A stretch of 64,000 bases of DNA from an uncultured Verrucomicrobiae bacterium (GCA_938005615.1 CALLMV010000011.1:3025-67024); one strand, 5' to 3'. Positions 36,977-48,856 are shown, counted from the first letter of the stretch. Notes: generated by a model not told the origin, from the letters alone. Program-made: numbers and translations.

Positions 36977-38599
36977 GTGAAAATCAATAAATATTCACGT
37001 AAACGAAATGGGTTGATAATTTTTTCTGTGACTATTATTATTTCTGTTTCTATTGTTTTTAAAAAAAAAGATATTGCTAAGTCAATAAATGATCTAAGCG
37101 GACTATTTCATTTATCTCAAGCGCGTAGATTGTTATCTGATGTTAAATACGACTTAGCCTTAAATCACCTAAAAAAAGTAATCACAATTCATCAAGATTC
37201 AGTAGAGGCTTGGGAAATGATTGTTCTTATATCCAAAGAAATCAATGACGAACAACTTTTGCTAAGGGCGTTATCTAAACTATCAGTCTTAGACCAAAGA
37301 AGCAAAGCTAATGCAGTTGAGTTTCTCAAACTAGCACGTAATTCCAAACAAAGTTACTTGGCAGCACCTCTTTTAAGTTTAATCATAGACTCTCACCCAT
37401 CCCGTCCAGAAATTCTTCATGAGAGTGCACTTATACTAATTTCTCTTGGTCTGACAAATTCTGCCGGAAATCTTCTTGGCGAAGCTATAAAACTTAACCC
37501 TGAAAATAATGAAATTATTTTTGCAAAATCTACACTTGATTTGCTATCTGATAACAGTCAAACTCTTGCAAGAGCCACTAATAGCTTAGAGCAAATTCGA
37601 CTAACTGACAAAAAATTTTCAATACCAGCAACAATTAATTTGATAAACTATTTCAGAGATAACAACACTACAAGAGCTTTAGAACTATTAGCGCAAGCCA
37701 AAAAAATCGAACCAGATAACTGGGCGCTAAGACTTTTGGAATTAGACCTCTCGTACAAGGCCGGTGAAGAGGAGTTGCCTCTGCTTTTCGAAAATATACT
37801 ACCTCTGGCTGATTCTGAAGAAAAATTTATTGAATTAATCATCAGAGTCGCAAAATATCAAAGTCCAGAAGCAGCTCATAATTTCATTAACAACTTAACT
37901 ACTGATAATATAACAAGCGCAACAAAAGATTACTTACGCTTACCGGTATTCTGGTTAACTAATGACTATAATTCGATCTTAGATGCGACTGAAGATCTAT
38001 CAATCAGAATTGATGAAAAGAGAGCTGCTAACATGTTGTTGTGGCGCGTTAGAGCGTTAACAAAAATTAATCCAACACTAGCAACTAACACCTTAAATAA
38101 GTTTATTAACAAATTTTCAAACAGCCCCAAAATATTAATAGATTCTGTTGAATTATTGAAATCTTGGAATTTACAAGAGTACACCAGACCCGTTTTACAA
38201 AGATTGGTTGATTCACGTGGTCCCTATCTGTACTATAGCTTAGTTTTGTTATTAGAGCAGGCTCATTTAGAGGGAGATATCCTTTTGCTACTCAATACAA
38301 CTTCTCAATTGCTTGAAATACAGCCAGATAACCCTATTTTACAGTTTAACTTTGTAACATTAGCGCTAGAAGCAAATGTCAATATTCCTAAAGCAGAAAA
38401 AATTGCTGAGTCACTTTATCGTTCCTACCCGAATGAGCCAGGATTGCTTCATCTTTACGCACAGGCATTGGCAGCTAATGGAAGACAAGAAAAAGCTTTA
38501 GAGTTATACGATTCATTGTCTAGCAGTGACTTGAAAACAACACCGATCATCTTTTCATATGAGGCATTATTACTCAAAAATCTTCATGATATGAAATAA
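36977..38599 (+). CDS. Membrane-anchored tetratricopeptide-repeat protein (AT-rich)
   Basis: N-terminal TM, then helical repeats (EAIKLNPENN, QAKKIEPDN, LLEIQPDNP, YAQALAANGRQEKALELY). Confidence 0.8.
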   Translation: MKINKYSRKRNGLIIFSVTIIISVSIVFKKKDIAKSINDLSGLFHLSQARRLLSDVKYDLALNHLKKVITIHQDSVEAWEMIVLISKEINDEQLLLRALSKLSVLDQRSKANAVEFLKLARNSKQSYLAAPLLSLIIDSHPSRPEILHESALILISLGLTNSAGNLLGEAIKLNPENNEIIFAKSTLDLLSDNSQTLARATNSLEQIRLTDKKFSIPATINLINYFRDNNTTRALELLAQAKKIEPDNWALRLLELDLSYKAGEEELPLLFENILPLADSEEKFIELIIRVAKYQSPEAAHNFINNLTTDNITSATKDYLRLPVFWLTNDYNSILDATEDLSIRIDEKRAANMLLWRVRALTKINPTLATNTLNKFINKFSNSPKILIDSVELLKSWNLQEYTRPVLQRLVDSRGPYLYYSLVLLLEQAHLEGDILLLLNTTSQLLEIQPDNPILQFNFVTLALEANVNIPKAEKIAESLYRSYPNEPGLLHLYAQALAANGRQEKALELYDSLSSSDLKTTPIIFSYEALLLKNLHDMK

Positions 38600-38843
38600 A
38601 CTCAAATATATTTTAAGCATTTTTGAAGCATGTACTAGAAGTCATATTATCTAGTATATTGTTTTTTTGGTTATCAGGTTATGATAATTACTAAATTGTT
38701 AATAATACTTTCTAACTAATTTAGACTTTATAACATTGAGAATTTTTACTTCCATCATTAGTTAGCCATTTTCAACACTTTATGTTGAGTATTTTTTTAA
38801 TTTGCTTCTTTCCCGTTTCTTAATAATATTAAAAGACCTATAC

Positions 38844-39623
38844 CTAAAACCCTATACTGTTGCCTCCGTCGACTGGCAAATTTACACCAGTAATAAATGA
38901 GGCCGCATCGGAGCACAAGAATACAGCCGCGAAAGCAACCTCCTCCGCTTGGCCCATGCGGCCGAGCGGAGTCCTTCCAAAAACTTTTGCCTTGCGTTGA
39001 GGATCTGCATTTAATGCCTTGTCTGTCATGGCTGAGTAAATGAATCCGGGTGCAATAGAGTTTACTCGAATGCCATGTTCGCCCAGCTCAGAAGCTAGTT
39101 CGACAGTAAGTCCTAGCACAGCGGATTTTGAAGCGGCGTATGCTGCGACTCGTGTCAATCCATACATAGCTGCCATAGAGGTAATGTTGAGGATAACACC
39201 TTGTTTGCGAGGCAACATTTTTTTTACAACTTCTCTTGTCAAAGAAAATAGGCCTAAAACATTCGTTTGCTGAATGTTGGCACATTCTTCGTCTGTTATC
39301 TCCCAAAAATCTTTTTTTAGATTAATACCTGCGTTGTTAACTAGGATATCAATATCACCAAATTTAGTTGCTACGTCCTGCACCAAATGAGGAATTTTAG
39401 TCAAATCGGAAACATCGCCTACTACGTATGAAACTTCGTCACCTATTTCCTTCGATGCTTGCTGAAGAACTTCTTCTCTACGTCCTGTAATAACTACACG
39501 TGCACCAGCAGTGACAAAGGCTTTAGTGATGGCGAGTCCTATTCCAGTTCCACCACCCGTTACCAAAGCTAATTTTTTCTCCAAAGAAAATTTTTTTATA
39601 AAATCGAAATTTGTTTCTTTCAT
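38844..39623 (-). CDS. SDR-family oxidoreductase (gluconate 5-dehydrogenase/KduD-like)
   Basis: ALVTGGGTGIG, NNAG, YAASK, RTPLGRMG, VDGG. Confidence 0.93.
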   Translation of the reverse strand: MKETNFDFIKKFSLEKKLALVTGGGTGIGLAITKAFVTAGARVVITGRREEVLQQASKEIGDEVSYVVGDVSDLTKIPHLVQDVATKFGDIDILVNNAGINLKKDFWEITDEECANIQQTNVLGLFSLTREVVKKMLPRKQGVILNITSMAAMYGLTRVAAYAASKSAVLGLTVELASELGEHGIRVNSIAPGFIYSAMTDKALNADPQRKAKVFGRTPLGRMGQAEEVAFAAVFLCSDAASFITGVNLPVDGGNSIGF

Positions 39624-39687
39624 AAAGCAATATTATTTAGTCTTTTTTAGTATTGAACCAAAATATATTTCGGGAGCAGCCTTATTA

Positions 39688-40605
39688 TTATCTAAACTCG
39701 TGAATGACTGGATTCCCCGCAAAGTAGTTGTTAAGGTTTTCAAGTTCCGAAAGAAGTTGACGCCTTAAAATTACTGCTCTGTCGGATAGTTTTTTTTGCT
39801 CAAGTGCGTACTCTTCGCGACCCTGAATGGTCTCGATCCTGATGGGATCAAAACCCAGCTCACGCAAATCGTAGGGGCTGGCTCGCATGTCCAATTCCCT
39901 TGCACTAATGGCCAAATTCAAGCTGTGCAGAACCGTTTCAGAACTCACCCAAGGGTGAAATTTCATTGCCCACTTGTACAAATCCATATTTACGTGTACG
40001 CAACCGGGTTGCTCTAATTGATATCGAGTGCTGGAATTGGGCTGTAAGACGTTAAGCGGACGAGCTTCTTCTGAAAAAAATCGGAATGCATCAAAATGCG
40101 AGCAATGAATTTCTCTGCTTTCAAGAAATTTTTCCAGTTCATGTTCACTCACTCTTAAACTGTAATTATGTCTCAAACTGCTTGAACGATAGACCATCGC
40201 CCATTCGTGCAAACCAAAACATCCGAAATTAGCTTTTTGATTATTAATCGCACGTAATAAACCGATCACCCACAGCAAGGAATCTAGCCTCCTCTGAGGA
40301 AATTGTTCGCAGTCTATCCAGGCGCCTTCTTCAGTAAAATGCCAAGCTCTATCTGAAAAAACATCCTCTCTACCCGCACCTTCTAGTACAACGCCTATGC
40401 CGGGAGTCCACTCCCTGAGCCGCGCAGGCCGCACGCTGTAATATTCAAATAGAAAATCATAAACAGGATGCTTTTTGCCGGCAGCTCGACGAATTTGATG
40501 CTGCTGTAACCATGGCTCAACTTGATGTAAGTACGATATTCGTAAGTCTTGCCACTCTTCAAACTTAAGACTACGCATCGAGTATTGGAATCCTAAAGAA
40601 TGCAT
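39688..40605 (-). CDS. Conserved uncharacterised protein (family often auto-labelled 3-methyladenine DNA glycosylase)
   Basis: HPVYDFLFEYY, FGCFGLHEWAMVY, CSHFDAFRFF, EQPGCVHVNMDLYKW, LDMRASPYDL. Confidence 0.8.
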   Translation of the reverse strand: MHSLGFQYSMRSLKFEEWQDLRISYLHQVEPWLQQHQIRRAAGKKHPVYDFLFEYYSVRPARLREWTPGIGVVLEGAGREDVFSDRAWHFTEEGAWIDCEQFPQRRLDSLLWVIGLLRAINNQKANFGCFGLHEWAMVYRSSSLRHNYSLRVSEHELEKFLESREIHCSHFDAFRFFSEEARPLNVLQPNSSTRYQLEQPGCVHVNMDLYKWAMKFHPWVSSETVLHSLNLAISARELDMRASPYDLRELGFDPIRIETIQGREEYALEQKKLSDRAVILRRQLLSELENLNNYFAGNPVIHEFR

Positions 40606-40683
40606 ACATGCCCATTAACAAATCAAAAAAACATCGCAACTAGCACTTGTGACACACCACGCCTCTTGCCATAAACCCAGATC

Positions 40684-42129
40684 ATGCCCAGACGGAATGA
40701 CATTCACTCCATCCTCCTGATCGGCTCTGGCCCAATCATTATCGGCCAGGCCTGTGAATTTGATTACTCAGGTGCACAAGCCTGCAAAGCGCTTCGTGAG
40801 GAAGGTTACCGCGTGATTCTCATAAACTCTAATCCTGCAACAATTATGACGGACCCAGAGTTCGCAGAAGCCACCTACATCGAACCCATTACCCCCGAAG
40901 TCGTCGAGAAAATCATTCTGCGCGAACGCCCCGATGCACTATTGCCCACTCTTGGCGGTCAGACAGCTCTGAATTGTGCAATGTCTCTACATCGCGAAGG
41001 AGTCCTTCAACGTCACGGCGTCCAACTGCTCGGCGCCAACGCCGCCGCTATTGAGAAAGGCGAAAATCGCGAGCTCTTCAAAAAAGCCATGTTGCGAATA
41101 GGTCTCGATGTTGCCCGCTCTGGTACTGCCCACTCACTTGACGAAGCCCGAGAGATTGCTATGCAGATCGGTGCATTCCCACTCATCATCCGACCAGCCT
41201 TCACTCTGGGCGGCACAGGAGGTGGTATCGCCTACAACCGGGAAGAATTTGACCAGATCGCTTCCCGGGGGCTCGACCTCTCACCCGTCTCAGAAATCCT
41301 TGTGGAAGAATCGCTTGTGGGTTGGAAAGAGTTTGAAATGGAAGTCATGCGCGACCGCAATGACAACTGTGTGATCATCTGCTCAATTGAAAACCTTGAT
41401 CCAATGGGTGTTCACACGGGAGACTCGATCACAGTTGCCCCTATCCAGACCCTAACGGATAGGGAATACCAAAGAATGCGAGACGCCTCTATCGCCGTTA
41501 TCCGCGAAATTGGTGTTGAGACCGGTGGCTCAAATATCCAATTTGCCGTCTGTCCAAAAACGGGGCGCATGATCGTGATCGAAATGAATCCGCGTGTCTC
41601 CCGCTCATCGGCACTTGCATCCAAAGCTACCGGTTTTCCTATCGCAAAAATTGCTGCAAAACTTGCTGTTGGTTATACTCTAGACGAACTTCCTAACGAC
41701 ATCACCAAACGCACACCAGCTTGTTTTGAACCAGCCATTGATTATGTAGTTACCAAAATCCCACGCTTTACCTTCGAAAAATTTCCCGGTGCAGACACCA
41801 CACTAACAACGGCCATGAAATCCGTCGGCGAAGTTATGGCTATCGGTCGAACCTTTCCCGAATCCCTCCAGAAAGCACTTCGCTCACTGGAGACCGGTGC
41901 CCACGGCCTATCCGGTGGAAAATCCGGCGGAGATACCCCGCCACCACGCACCGAAATTGAACAAAAACTGCGCACTCCCAACCCCGAGCGCATTTTCTTC
42001 TTGCGCCACGCCCTGCGCTCCGGATTTTCCATTCCAGAAATTCATGCGCTCACAGGGATTGACCCTTGGTTTCTCGATCAAATCTCACTGATTGTTCAAA
42101 CCGAAGAACAACTTCGCACCTGCATCTAG
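40684..42129 (+). CDS. carB: Carbamoyl-phosphate synthase large subunit, N-terminal half only
   Basis: MPRR...[52 protein letters not shown]. Stops at 481 aa. Confidence 0.92.
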   Translation: MPRRNDIHSILLIGSGPIIIGQACEFDYSGAQACKALREEGYRVILINSNPATIMTDPEFAEATYIEPITPEVVEKIILRERPDALLPTLGGQTALNCAMSLHREGVLQRHGVQLLGANAAAIEKGENRELFKKAMLRIGLDVARSGTAHSLDEAREIAMQIGAFPLIIRPAFTLGGTGGGIAYNREEFDQIASRGLDLSPVSEILVEESLVGWKEFEMEVMRDRNDNCVIICSIENLDPMGVHTGDSITVAPIQTLTDREYQRMRDASIAVIREIGVETGGSNIQFAVCPKTGRMIVIEMNPRVSRSSALASKATGFPIAKIAAKLAVGYTLDELPNDITKRTPACFEPAIDYVVTKIPRFTFEKFPGADTTLTTAMKSVGEVMAIGRTFPESLQKALRSLETGAHGLSGGKSGGDTPPPRTEIEQKLRTPNPERIFFLRHALRSGFSIPEIHALTGIDPWFLDQISLIVQTEEQLRTCI

Positions 42130-43127
42130 TGAACGTCCAAAGCCAGCTAGTTCCTCAACAAGCGCTGCGAACTGCACTCACCTGGCTGTTGAAAATATTC
42201 ATCAGCGTCCTACTTCTCGCCTGGTTTTTTTCCACACGAAATATTGACTGGCAAAATCTTAAATCTCTGTTGAGCCAGCTCCATGTCAGTCACTTTTTGC
42301 TGGCAACTATACTTTGGGTAATCCTGCTTGCTCTTGGCGGATGGCGCTGGAAGGTTCTTTTATCAGCACTCAACATGCCTGTCACCAACGCCACATGTAT
42401 CCGTCTCACACTTGCCGCGGTCTTTTTCTCTACCATCTCTTTTGGACCACTCGCTGCAGACGGCCTGCGTACTTGGTGGATGTCGCGCATCCATCCAGGC
42501 CGTACCACAGCGATAATTATTACTCTCGTGGTAGACAGGATTTGCGGCCTAGTTGCACTGGGAATCATTTGCCTAGCGATTTTCCCATCACAGTGGTCAA
42601 CCTTGATATCCAAACCTTCCACAGCCGCCATCCTTGGAATTGTTCTCTCAATCTTAGGTGGAACGCTTTTGCTTCTGCTCTTTTCCCTTCTTTTTCGAGA
42701 ATCCAATCCCGACACAACACCAGGCTGGATACAACACCTCCCCCTACAGAAACAACGCAAGGACCTCGCTGCCGCAATCGGCGCTTATTGGTGCAAGCCC
42801 CAAGCTGCCGTACAAGCTCTCATGATCTCGCTGATCATCCAATCGCTTTCTGTGCTGAGCGGCCTTTTTATATTCTGGAGCCTCCGGCTCGAATTTCCAA
42901 TCCTCTACGGTGCGTCAACAATACCGCTTATCAACGTCCTGCAAGCCCTTCCCATCACTATCATGGGCCTTGGCATACGCGAAACAACTGTCGCAGAACT
43001 ATTCCGCCACATCACCCAGTTCCCCGAACCAGCACTAGCCTTCTCGCTTCTCAACCTCCTAATCAACCTGCTAGGAGCGTTTGTCGGCCTTATTTGCTGG
43101 CTCACCCTCAAAACCAGCAAATCCTGA
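42129..43127 (+). CDS. Lysylphosphatidylglycerol synthase TM/flippase-like (UPF0104) membrane protein
   Basis: Multi-TM, RWKVLL, VVDRICG, LPITIMGLGIRE. GTG overlaps the carB stop. Confidence 0.85.
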   Translation: MNVQSQLVPQQALRTALTWLLKIFISVLLLAWFFSTRNIDWQNLKSLLSQLHVSHFLLATILWVILLALGGWRWKVLLSALNMPVTNATCIRLTLAAVFFSTISFGPLAADGLRTWWMSRIHPGRTTAIIITLVVDRICGLVALGIICLAIFPSQWSTLISKPSTAAILGIVLSILGGTLLLLLFSLLFRESNPDTTPGWIQHLPLQKQRKDLAAAIGAYWCKPQAAVQALMISLIIQSLSVLSGLFIFWSLRLEFPILYGASTIPLINVLQALPITIMGLGIRETTVAELFRHITQFPEPALAFSLLNLLINLLGAFVGLICWLTLKTSKS

Positions 43128-43193
43128 TACCTCCCACTAAATTCACCAGTTTACCTCGACTCCTGAACACTGCAAAGTAAGGTAATCTGTAAT

Positions 43194-43448
43194 ATGATGA
43201 AAGCCAAAGTCCTCGTCACCCCTAAGCAAGGCATTCTCGATCCCCAAGGCGTGGCCGTCCAACATGCCATGTCCCAACTCGGCATGTCTTGCGTCACAGA
43301 AGCCCGCGTTGGCAAAGTCATCGAACTTACTTTCACGGGCGAAAATGAACAAAAAACCCGAGAAAAACTCGATCAGCTCTGCCAAGAACTCCTGTCCAAC
43401 CCTGTCGTCGAAGACTATCATATCCTCTGGGAGGGAAAAACAGCATGA
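43194..43448 (+). CDS. purS: Phosphoribosylformylglycinamidine synthase subunit PurS
   Basis: ILDPQG, RVGK, LLSNPVVEDY. Confidence 0.96.
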   Translation: MMKAKVLVTPKQGILDPQGVAVQHAMSQLGMSCVTEARVGKVIELTFTGENEQKTREKLDQLCQELLSNPVVEDYHILWEGKTA

Positions 43449-44119
43449 AATGGGGCATCGTGCGCTTTCCCGGCTCCAACTGTGACCAAGACCTCTACCA
43501 CGTCATTCGTTACATCCTTGGCCAAAAAGCTACTTATCTCTGGCACAAAGATACCGACCTCCAAAACTGTGACATCATCGCCCTGCCTGGCGGCTTCTCC
43601 TACGGCGACTATCTTCGCTGTGGCGCAATCGCCCGATTCTCCCCCATCATGCAAGAAGTCCTGGCTCATGCTTCTCGTGGCGGACCAATCATCGGCATCT
43701 GTAACGGCTTTCAAGTTCTCTGCGAATCACAGCTTCTTCCAGGCGCTCTCATCCGCAACCGTACTCTTCACTTCGTCTGCCAACACGTCCACCTCCTAGG
43801 CGAAGGCCCGGCACTAAAGCAAACCAAACTCTACGTCCCGATAGCTCACGGAGAAGGCTGTTACTACAACAGTCCCGATGGTCTCAAGAAACTCGAATAC
43901 GAAAACCAGATCCTCCTGCGCTATTGCAGCCCCCAAGGCACGATTACTGAGGAAGATAATCCTAACGGCTCCCTTAATAACATTGCCGCCATCTGCTCCC
44001 CAAACCGCCGCATCTGGGGAATGATGCCCCACCCTGAGCGTGCATGCGAAGCTGCCCTCGGGTCCACAGATGGTCTCACTCTCTTTCGATGCTTCCTCCA
44101 ACAGATCTCAACCGCATAG
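43445..44119 (+). CDS. purQ: FGAM synthase subunit PurQ
   Basis: FPGSNCD, PGGFSYGDYLRCG, GICNGFQ, MMPHPER. Confidence 0.97.
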   Translation: MKWGIVRFPGSNCDQDLYHVIRYILGQKATYLWHKDTDLQNCDIIALPGGFSYGDYLRCGAIARFSPIMQEVLAHASRGGPIIGICNGFQVLCESQLLPGALIRNRTLHFVCQHVHLLGEGPALKQTKLYVPIAHGEGCYYNSPDGLKKLEYENQILLRYCSPQGTITEEDNPNGSLNNIAAICSPNRRIWGMMPHPERACEAALGSTDGLTLFRCFLQQISTA

Positions 44120-44122
44120 CAA

Positions 44123-46426
44123 ATGAACAACACCCTCAATACACAAGACACCTTCACCACAGCAGCGCGGCTTGGCCTCACAGAGCACGAAACGCAACTC
44201 GTTCTTCAAATCCTTGGCCGCAACCCTACATTCACAGAGCTTGGGATCTTCTCCGTCATGTGGAGTGAACACTGCTCCTACAAATGCTCCAAACCACTAC
44301 TAAAAAAATTTCCAACAACTGGCTCTTCTGTTATCATAAAAGCAGGAGAAGAAAACGCCGGAATTCTCGATATCGGAGACGGATGGGCCATCTGCTTCAA
44401 AATAGAATCTCACAACCATCCAAGTGCCATAGAACCATTCCAAGGTGCTGCAACAGGAGTCGGCGGCATCATCCGCGACATCTTCACTATGGGCGCACGA
44501 CCCATCCTCCTCGCCAACTCCCTGCGCTTTGGCGAAATCCGCGGCCACAACCCACAAGCCCTGCATAACCGGCGCCTGCTCGCTGGAGTTGTCGCCGGCA
44601 TCGCTCACTATGGCAACTGCATCGGCTTACCAACAGTTGCGGGCGAAGTCAGCTTCGATCCCGCCTACGAGGGCAACCCGCTCGTCAATGTCTTCTGCCT
44701 CGGCATACTCAGACATCAAGACATCCGCCTGGGCCGCGCCTCAGGCCCTGGCAACCCCGTTATTTACGTAGGTGCTAAAACTGGCCGAGACGGCGTCGCC
44801 GGCGCCTCCTTTGCCTCCCGCGATCTGACAGAGGATTCTAAAAAAGACCGTCCCGCCGTCCAAGTCGGCGACCCCTTTACAGAAAAACTTCTCCTGGAAG
44901 CCTGCCTCGAACTCTTCCAAGATGCAGAAGCCGTCGTTGGCATCCAAGACATGGGCGCCGCCGGCCTGACCTGTTCCACCTGCGAAACTGCAGCCCGTGG
45001 TAATTCCGGCATCGAAATCGAGCTCGACCTTGTTCCGCAACGTGAGACCGACCTAGATTCTTTCTCGATCATGCTCAGCGAATCTCAGGAACGCATGCTC
45101 ATCATTGCCCGCAAAGGCCACGAGGACCGCGTTCTTAATACTTTCAAGAAATGGGACTTAGATGCTGCCATCATCGGTACCGTCACAGAAGACGGCCTCA
45201 TGCGAGTAAATCAGCATGGAACTCCCGTGGCAGAAATACCCGCACGACGCCTCACCAACGAAGCACCGATCTACCGTTTATTGGCACAACCCCCTGCATC
45301 CTCCACCCACATCCCGCCTCAGCCAAATCTCAACAATTTAGAACTCACCGCCGCACTCGGCGCACTTCTCTCATCCCCCACCATCGCTAGCAAACGCTGG
45401 ATCTACCGCCAATTCGACCACATGGTTCGTCTCGGGACGATTCTTTCCCCCGGGCACGATGCCGCTGTCATCCGCATACCCATCCACGAAGACTCCGCCG
45501 AGTCACCCGCTTACAAATACATTGCCCTCAGCCTGGACTGTAACGGCCACCACTGCGCCCTCGACCCATACACAGGCGCACAACTCGCCGTTTACGAATG
45601 CGCCCGCAACCTTGCTTGCACCGGGGCCCGACCGATCGGCCTCACCGATAATCTCAACTTTGGTAACCCACACAACCCCCATGTTTTTTGGCAGCTTGAA
45701 CAAGCCACAGAAGGCATCGCCCAGGCTTGCATCCACCTTGGCATCCCCGTCACCGGCGGCAATGTCTCACTCTACAACCAATCCCCCCTCGGACCTATTG
45801 ACCCTACACCCACTGTCGCCATCGTCGGCCTTATCGACGATCCCTCCCACATCACCCCCAGCTACTTCCCGACTCCCGAACTCGATATCTGGTTACTTGG
45901 TCACCCCTACGGCCATCTGGGCGGCTCCCAATTTGCCAAAGAAATTCTTGGCAAAAAATCTGGACCCTGCCCGCAGCTTAACCCAGAACAAGAACTGGCC
46001 CTGCACCACCTCCTCCGTCAACTCATTGCCCAAGGACATATCGCCTCTGCACACGACTGCTCCGAAGGTGGACTCGCCGTTGCCATAGCCGAGTGCTGTT
46101 TCCACCCACTTCATCCTGTGTCAGCCCACTGCGACCTCACCTGCTTCTTGAACCCCCCAGCTCAGACCTGTTCATTTGCCGAACTACTCTACAACGAATT
46201 TCCCACTCGTGTTGTTATCAGCGCAAATCAAAATAATGCTCAAAAGATCTTGGAATCAGCACAGGCTCATCACATCCCAGCTACTAAAATTGGCCGCACC
46301 ACGCCGCACGATAGTCCACTCACCCTCCAGCTTGCTAACCACAAACTAACATTCGACCGCGCGCAACTTTACAGCTCCTGGGCCACAGCACTGGAAAGCA
46401 TCATGCAACTGCAGCCAACCACCTGA
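44123..46426 (+). CDS. purL: FGAM synthase subunit PurL
   Basis: [39 protein letters not shown]. Confidence 0.97.
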   Translation: MNNTLNTQDTFTTAARLGLTEHETQLVLQILGRNPTFTELGIFSVMWSEHCSYKCSKPLLKKFPTTGSSVIIKAGEENAGILDIGDGWAICFKIESHNHPSAIEPFQGAATGVGGIIRDIFTMGARPILLANSLRFGEIRGHNPQALHNRRLLAGVVAGIAHYGNCIGLPTVAGEVSFDPAYEGNPLVNVFCLGILRHQDIRLGRASGPGNPVIYVGAKTGRDGVAGASFASRDLTEDSKKDRPAVQVGDPFTEKLLLEACLELFQDAEAVVGIQDMGAAGLTCSTCETAARGNSGIEIELDLVPQRETDLDSFSIMLSESQERMLIIARKGHEDRVLNTFKKWDLDAAIIGTVTEDGLMRVNQHGTPVAEIPARRLTNEAPIYRLLAQPPASSTHIPPQPNLNNLELTAALGALLSSPTIASKRWIYRQFDHMVRLGTILSPGHDAAVIRIPIHEDSAESPAYKYIALSLDCNGHHCALDPYTGAQLAVYECARNLACTGARPIGLTDNLNFGNPHNPHVFWQLEQATEGIAQACIHLGIPVTGGNVSLYNQSPLGPIDPTPTVAIVGLIDDPSHITPSYFPTPELDIWLLGHPYGHLGGSQFAKEILGKKSGPCPQLNPEQELALHHLLRQLIAQGHIASAHDCSEGGLAVAIAECCFHPLHPVSAHCDLTCFLNPPAQTCSFAELLYNEFPTRVVISANQNNAQKILESAQAHHIPATKIGRTTPHDSPLTLQLANHKLTFDRAQLYSSWATALESIMQLQPTT

Positions 46427-46429
46427 CCC

Positions 46430-47896
46430 ATGCCACCCACACCAAGCCACATCCCCCGCGAAGAATGCGGCATCTTCGGCGTGTTTGGACACCCCGATGC
46501 CGCACAGCTCACTTACTTCGGCCTCTACGCCCTCCAGCACCGAGGCCAAGAAAGTGCAGGCATCGTCACCTCCTGGCCCGGCGGAGGGCCCTTCAAACGC
46601 CACCGCGGTATGGGCTTGGTATCTCAAGTCTTTGACGAAAACATTCTCAAGACACTTGATGGTGATCGCGCCATCGGTCACGTCCGCTACTCCACCACAG
46701 GCTCCAGCCTTCTACGCAATGCCCAACCCTTGGTTGCCGAGACTGCAGCCGGCCAAGTCGCCATCGCTCACAACGGCAACTTGGTAAACGCCGGCCCCTT
46801 GCGCCGTGAGCTTGAAACATCCGGATCAATCTTTCAAACCACTACAGACAGCGAGATCATCCTCCACCTCATTGCCCGCGGCTTATCCGAATCGGGCGGT
46901 ATCCTACACAATGCCTTACATCGCATCCTCGGCGCCTACTCCCTCCTCATCCTTGGCGAAGAGGAGATAATCGCTGTCCGCGATCCCCACGGCTTCCGAC
47001 CCCTCTGCTACGGCCGACTTGGCCAGGCCCACATCTTTTCCAGCGAAAGTTGCGCCTTCGATCTGATCGGAGCTCAATACGTGCGTGAACTCCATCCCGG
47101 TGAAGTCTTTGCCGTAGGACTGCAAGGACCGCGTACCATCGAAGACCTCAGCCGCAAAAAACGCTCTGCCCTCTGCGTCTTTGAACACGTATACTTTGCA
47201 AGACCCGACAGCATCCTCGATGGTCACCCTGTGTCTGAATCCCGCAAAGAAATGGGCCGCAGACTCGCCCGGCTCCATCCAGTCGATGCCGACATCGTCG
47301 TACCAGTGCCCGACTCCGGTAACTACGCGGCTCAGGGCTACTCTGAAGAAAGCGGCATTCCCCTCGAGCACGCTTTTGTTCGCAACCATTACGTCGGCCG
47401 TACCTTTCTTCAACCTACTCAACTCATTCGCGACTTCAGCGTGCGTGTCAAACTCAACCTCATTCGTCCCCTCGTCCAAGGCAAGCGGGTCGTCGTCGTC
47501 GATGACTCGATCGTCCGCGGCACAACCTCCCGAGCCCGTGTCGTCAACCTCCGAGAAGCAGGTGCCCGTGAAGTCCACGTGCGCATCTCCTGCCCTCCGC
47601 ACAAACACCCCTGCTTTTACGGAATTGACTTCCCCGACCCCGCCAAGCTCATCGCGAACCAACTCCCCCCAGAAAAAATAGCCGAATACCTTGGTGCCGA
47701 TTCCTTAGGCTATCTCGATGTGGATAACATGACGTATGCAGCGGGTGGTCCACGTCATAACTACTGCACGGCCTGCTTCACGGGCTTTTACCCAGAACCC
47801 TACGACTTCTCAACAGATAAACTCATCCTCGAACAACGGCGCTACACCACGCAAAGTCTCCTCCCACCTCACGATCAACGCACACTCCAGCTCTAA
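46430..47896 (+). CDS. purF: Amidophosphoribosyltransferase
   Basis: EECGIFG, LQHRGQE, GHVRYST, VVVVDDSIVRGTT, CFYGID. Confidence 0.97.
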   Translation: MPPTPSHIPREECGIFGVFGHPDAAQLTYFGLYALQHRGQESAGIVTSWPGGGPFKRHRGMGLVSQVFDENILKTLDGDRAIGHVRYSTTGSSLLRNAQPLVAETAAGQVAIAHNGNLVNAGPLRRELETSGSIFQTTTDSEIILHLIARGLSESGGILHNALHRILGAYSLLILGEEEIIAVRDPHGFRPLCYGRLGQAHIFSSESCAFDLIGAQYVRELHPGEVFAVGLQGPRTIEDLSRKKRSALCVFEHVYFARPDSILDGHPVSESRKEMGRRLARLHPVDADIVVPVPDSGNYAAQGYSEESGIPLEHAFVRNHYVGRTFLQPTQLIRDFSVRVKLNLIRPLVQGKRVVVVDDSIVRGTTSRARVVNLREAGAREVHVRISCPPHKHPCFYGIDFPDPAKLIANQLPPEKIAEYLGADSLGYLDVDNMTYAAGGPRHNYCTACFTGFYPEPYDFSTDKLILEQRRYTTQSLLPPHDQRTLQL

Positions 47897-47915
47897 CAAC
47901 ATACCTCCACTGGCC

Positions 47916-48856
47916 TTATTTTTCCCTGCGACAACCTTTCAGCCGTGCTGGGTGTCTATTACGTTTAACCCAACCGCTGAAGAGCAAGCCTCCATTTGCC
48001 GCATCTCGTGGTGCACATCCCATCCGTGCTCGAAACTGGCGGGAAAAATAATTTGGATCGGCAAACCCACAGCGCGCCGCCACTTCCGCCACCCCTAACT
48101 CCGGCTCATGCCTCAACAAATCGGCCGCCCGCTGCAGCCGCCGCTCCAGCACGTAAACCGTCGGACTGCGCCCCGCCACTTCACGGAAACGACGGTAAAA
48201 CGTCCGCACCGACATCCCCGCCTCCGCTGCCATGCGCGCTACCGGCAGCTCTTCAGCCAGACGCAATTCAATCCAACTGAAAAGCCGTCCAAACACCGGC
48301 ATCGGACGCTGCATACGGCAAGATCCCGCCAGCCTGTGCTGTCGCGCCAACAATCCCACCAACAAAATCAGGCAGGCTTCCGCCAACAAATGGCCCCCTC
48401 TGCGCCGCGCGAAGCCTCCTCCTCTATTCGATCCGCCCACTCCGCCGCCTGGCGCAAACCGGCCGCATCCAAGTGCAGCCGGTTGGTATAACCGTCCCGC
48501 TGCCATCCCGCGGCCGCCAGCGTAAACAACGCATGAAAGCCGGGCAACCCGCCCAGCTCTCTCTTCAGATGCGGTATCAGATCCTTCCTCACTAACACAT
48601 TCACCAGGTGTAGCCCCCGGGTGGCATCATACCCATGCGCCCGCCGCGGATCAATCACCAGCACATCCCCCGCACCCACGCGATGCCGGTAATTCCCCGT
48701 CACATGTTCCCCGGTCCCCGCCAAAATGATCACGATTTCGTAAAACTCGTGCCGGTGCTGCGGTGTCGGCACCTGCCTCACTTCCCTGTGCACCACCACC
48801 CGCGCCCGCGCATCACGGAAATAATCCTTGTGCCGCAGTGCTCCCGTCCGACTCAT
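47916..48856 (-). pseudogene. RhaR/RhaS-like AraC-family regulator, frameshifted
   Basis: The cupin sensor (HRHEFYEIVII) and the AraC HTH (MSVRTFYRRF...CGFADPNYFSRQF) are in different frames, switching at the C5 run 48394-48398. Confidence 0.8.
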
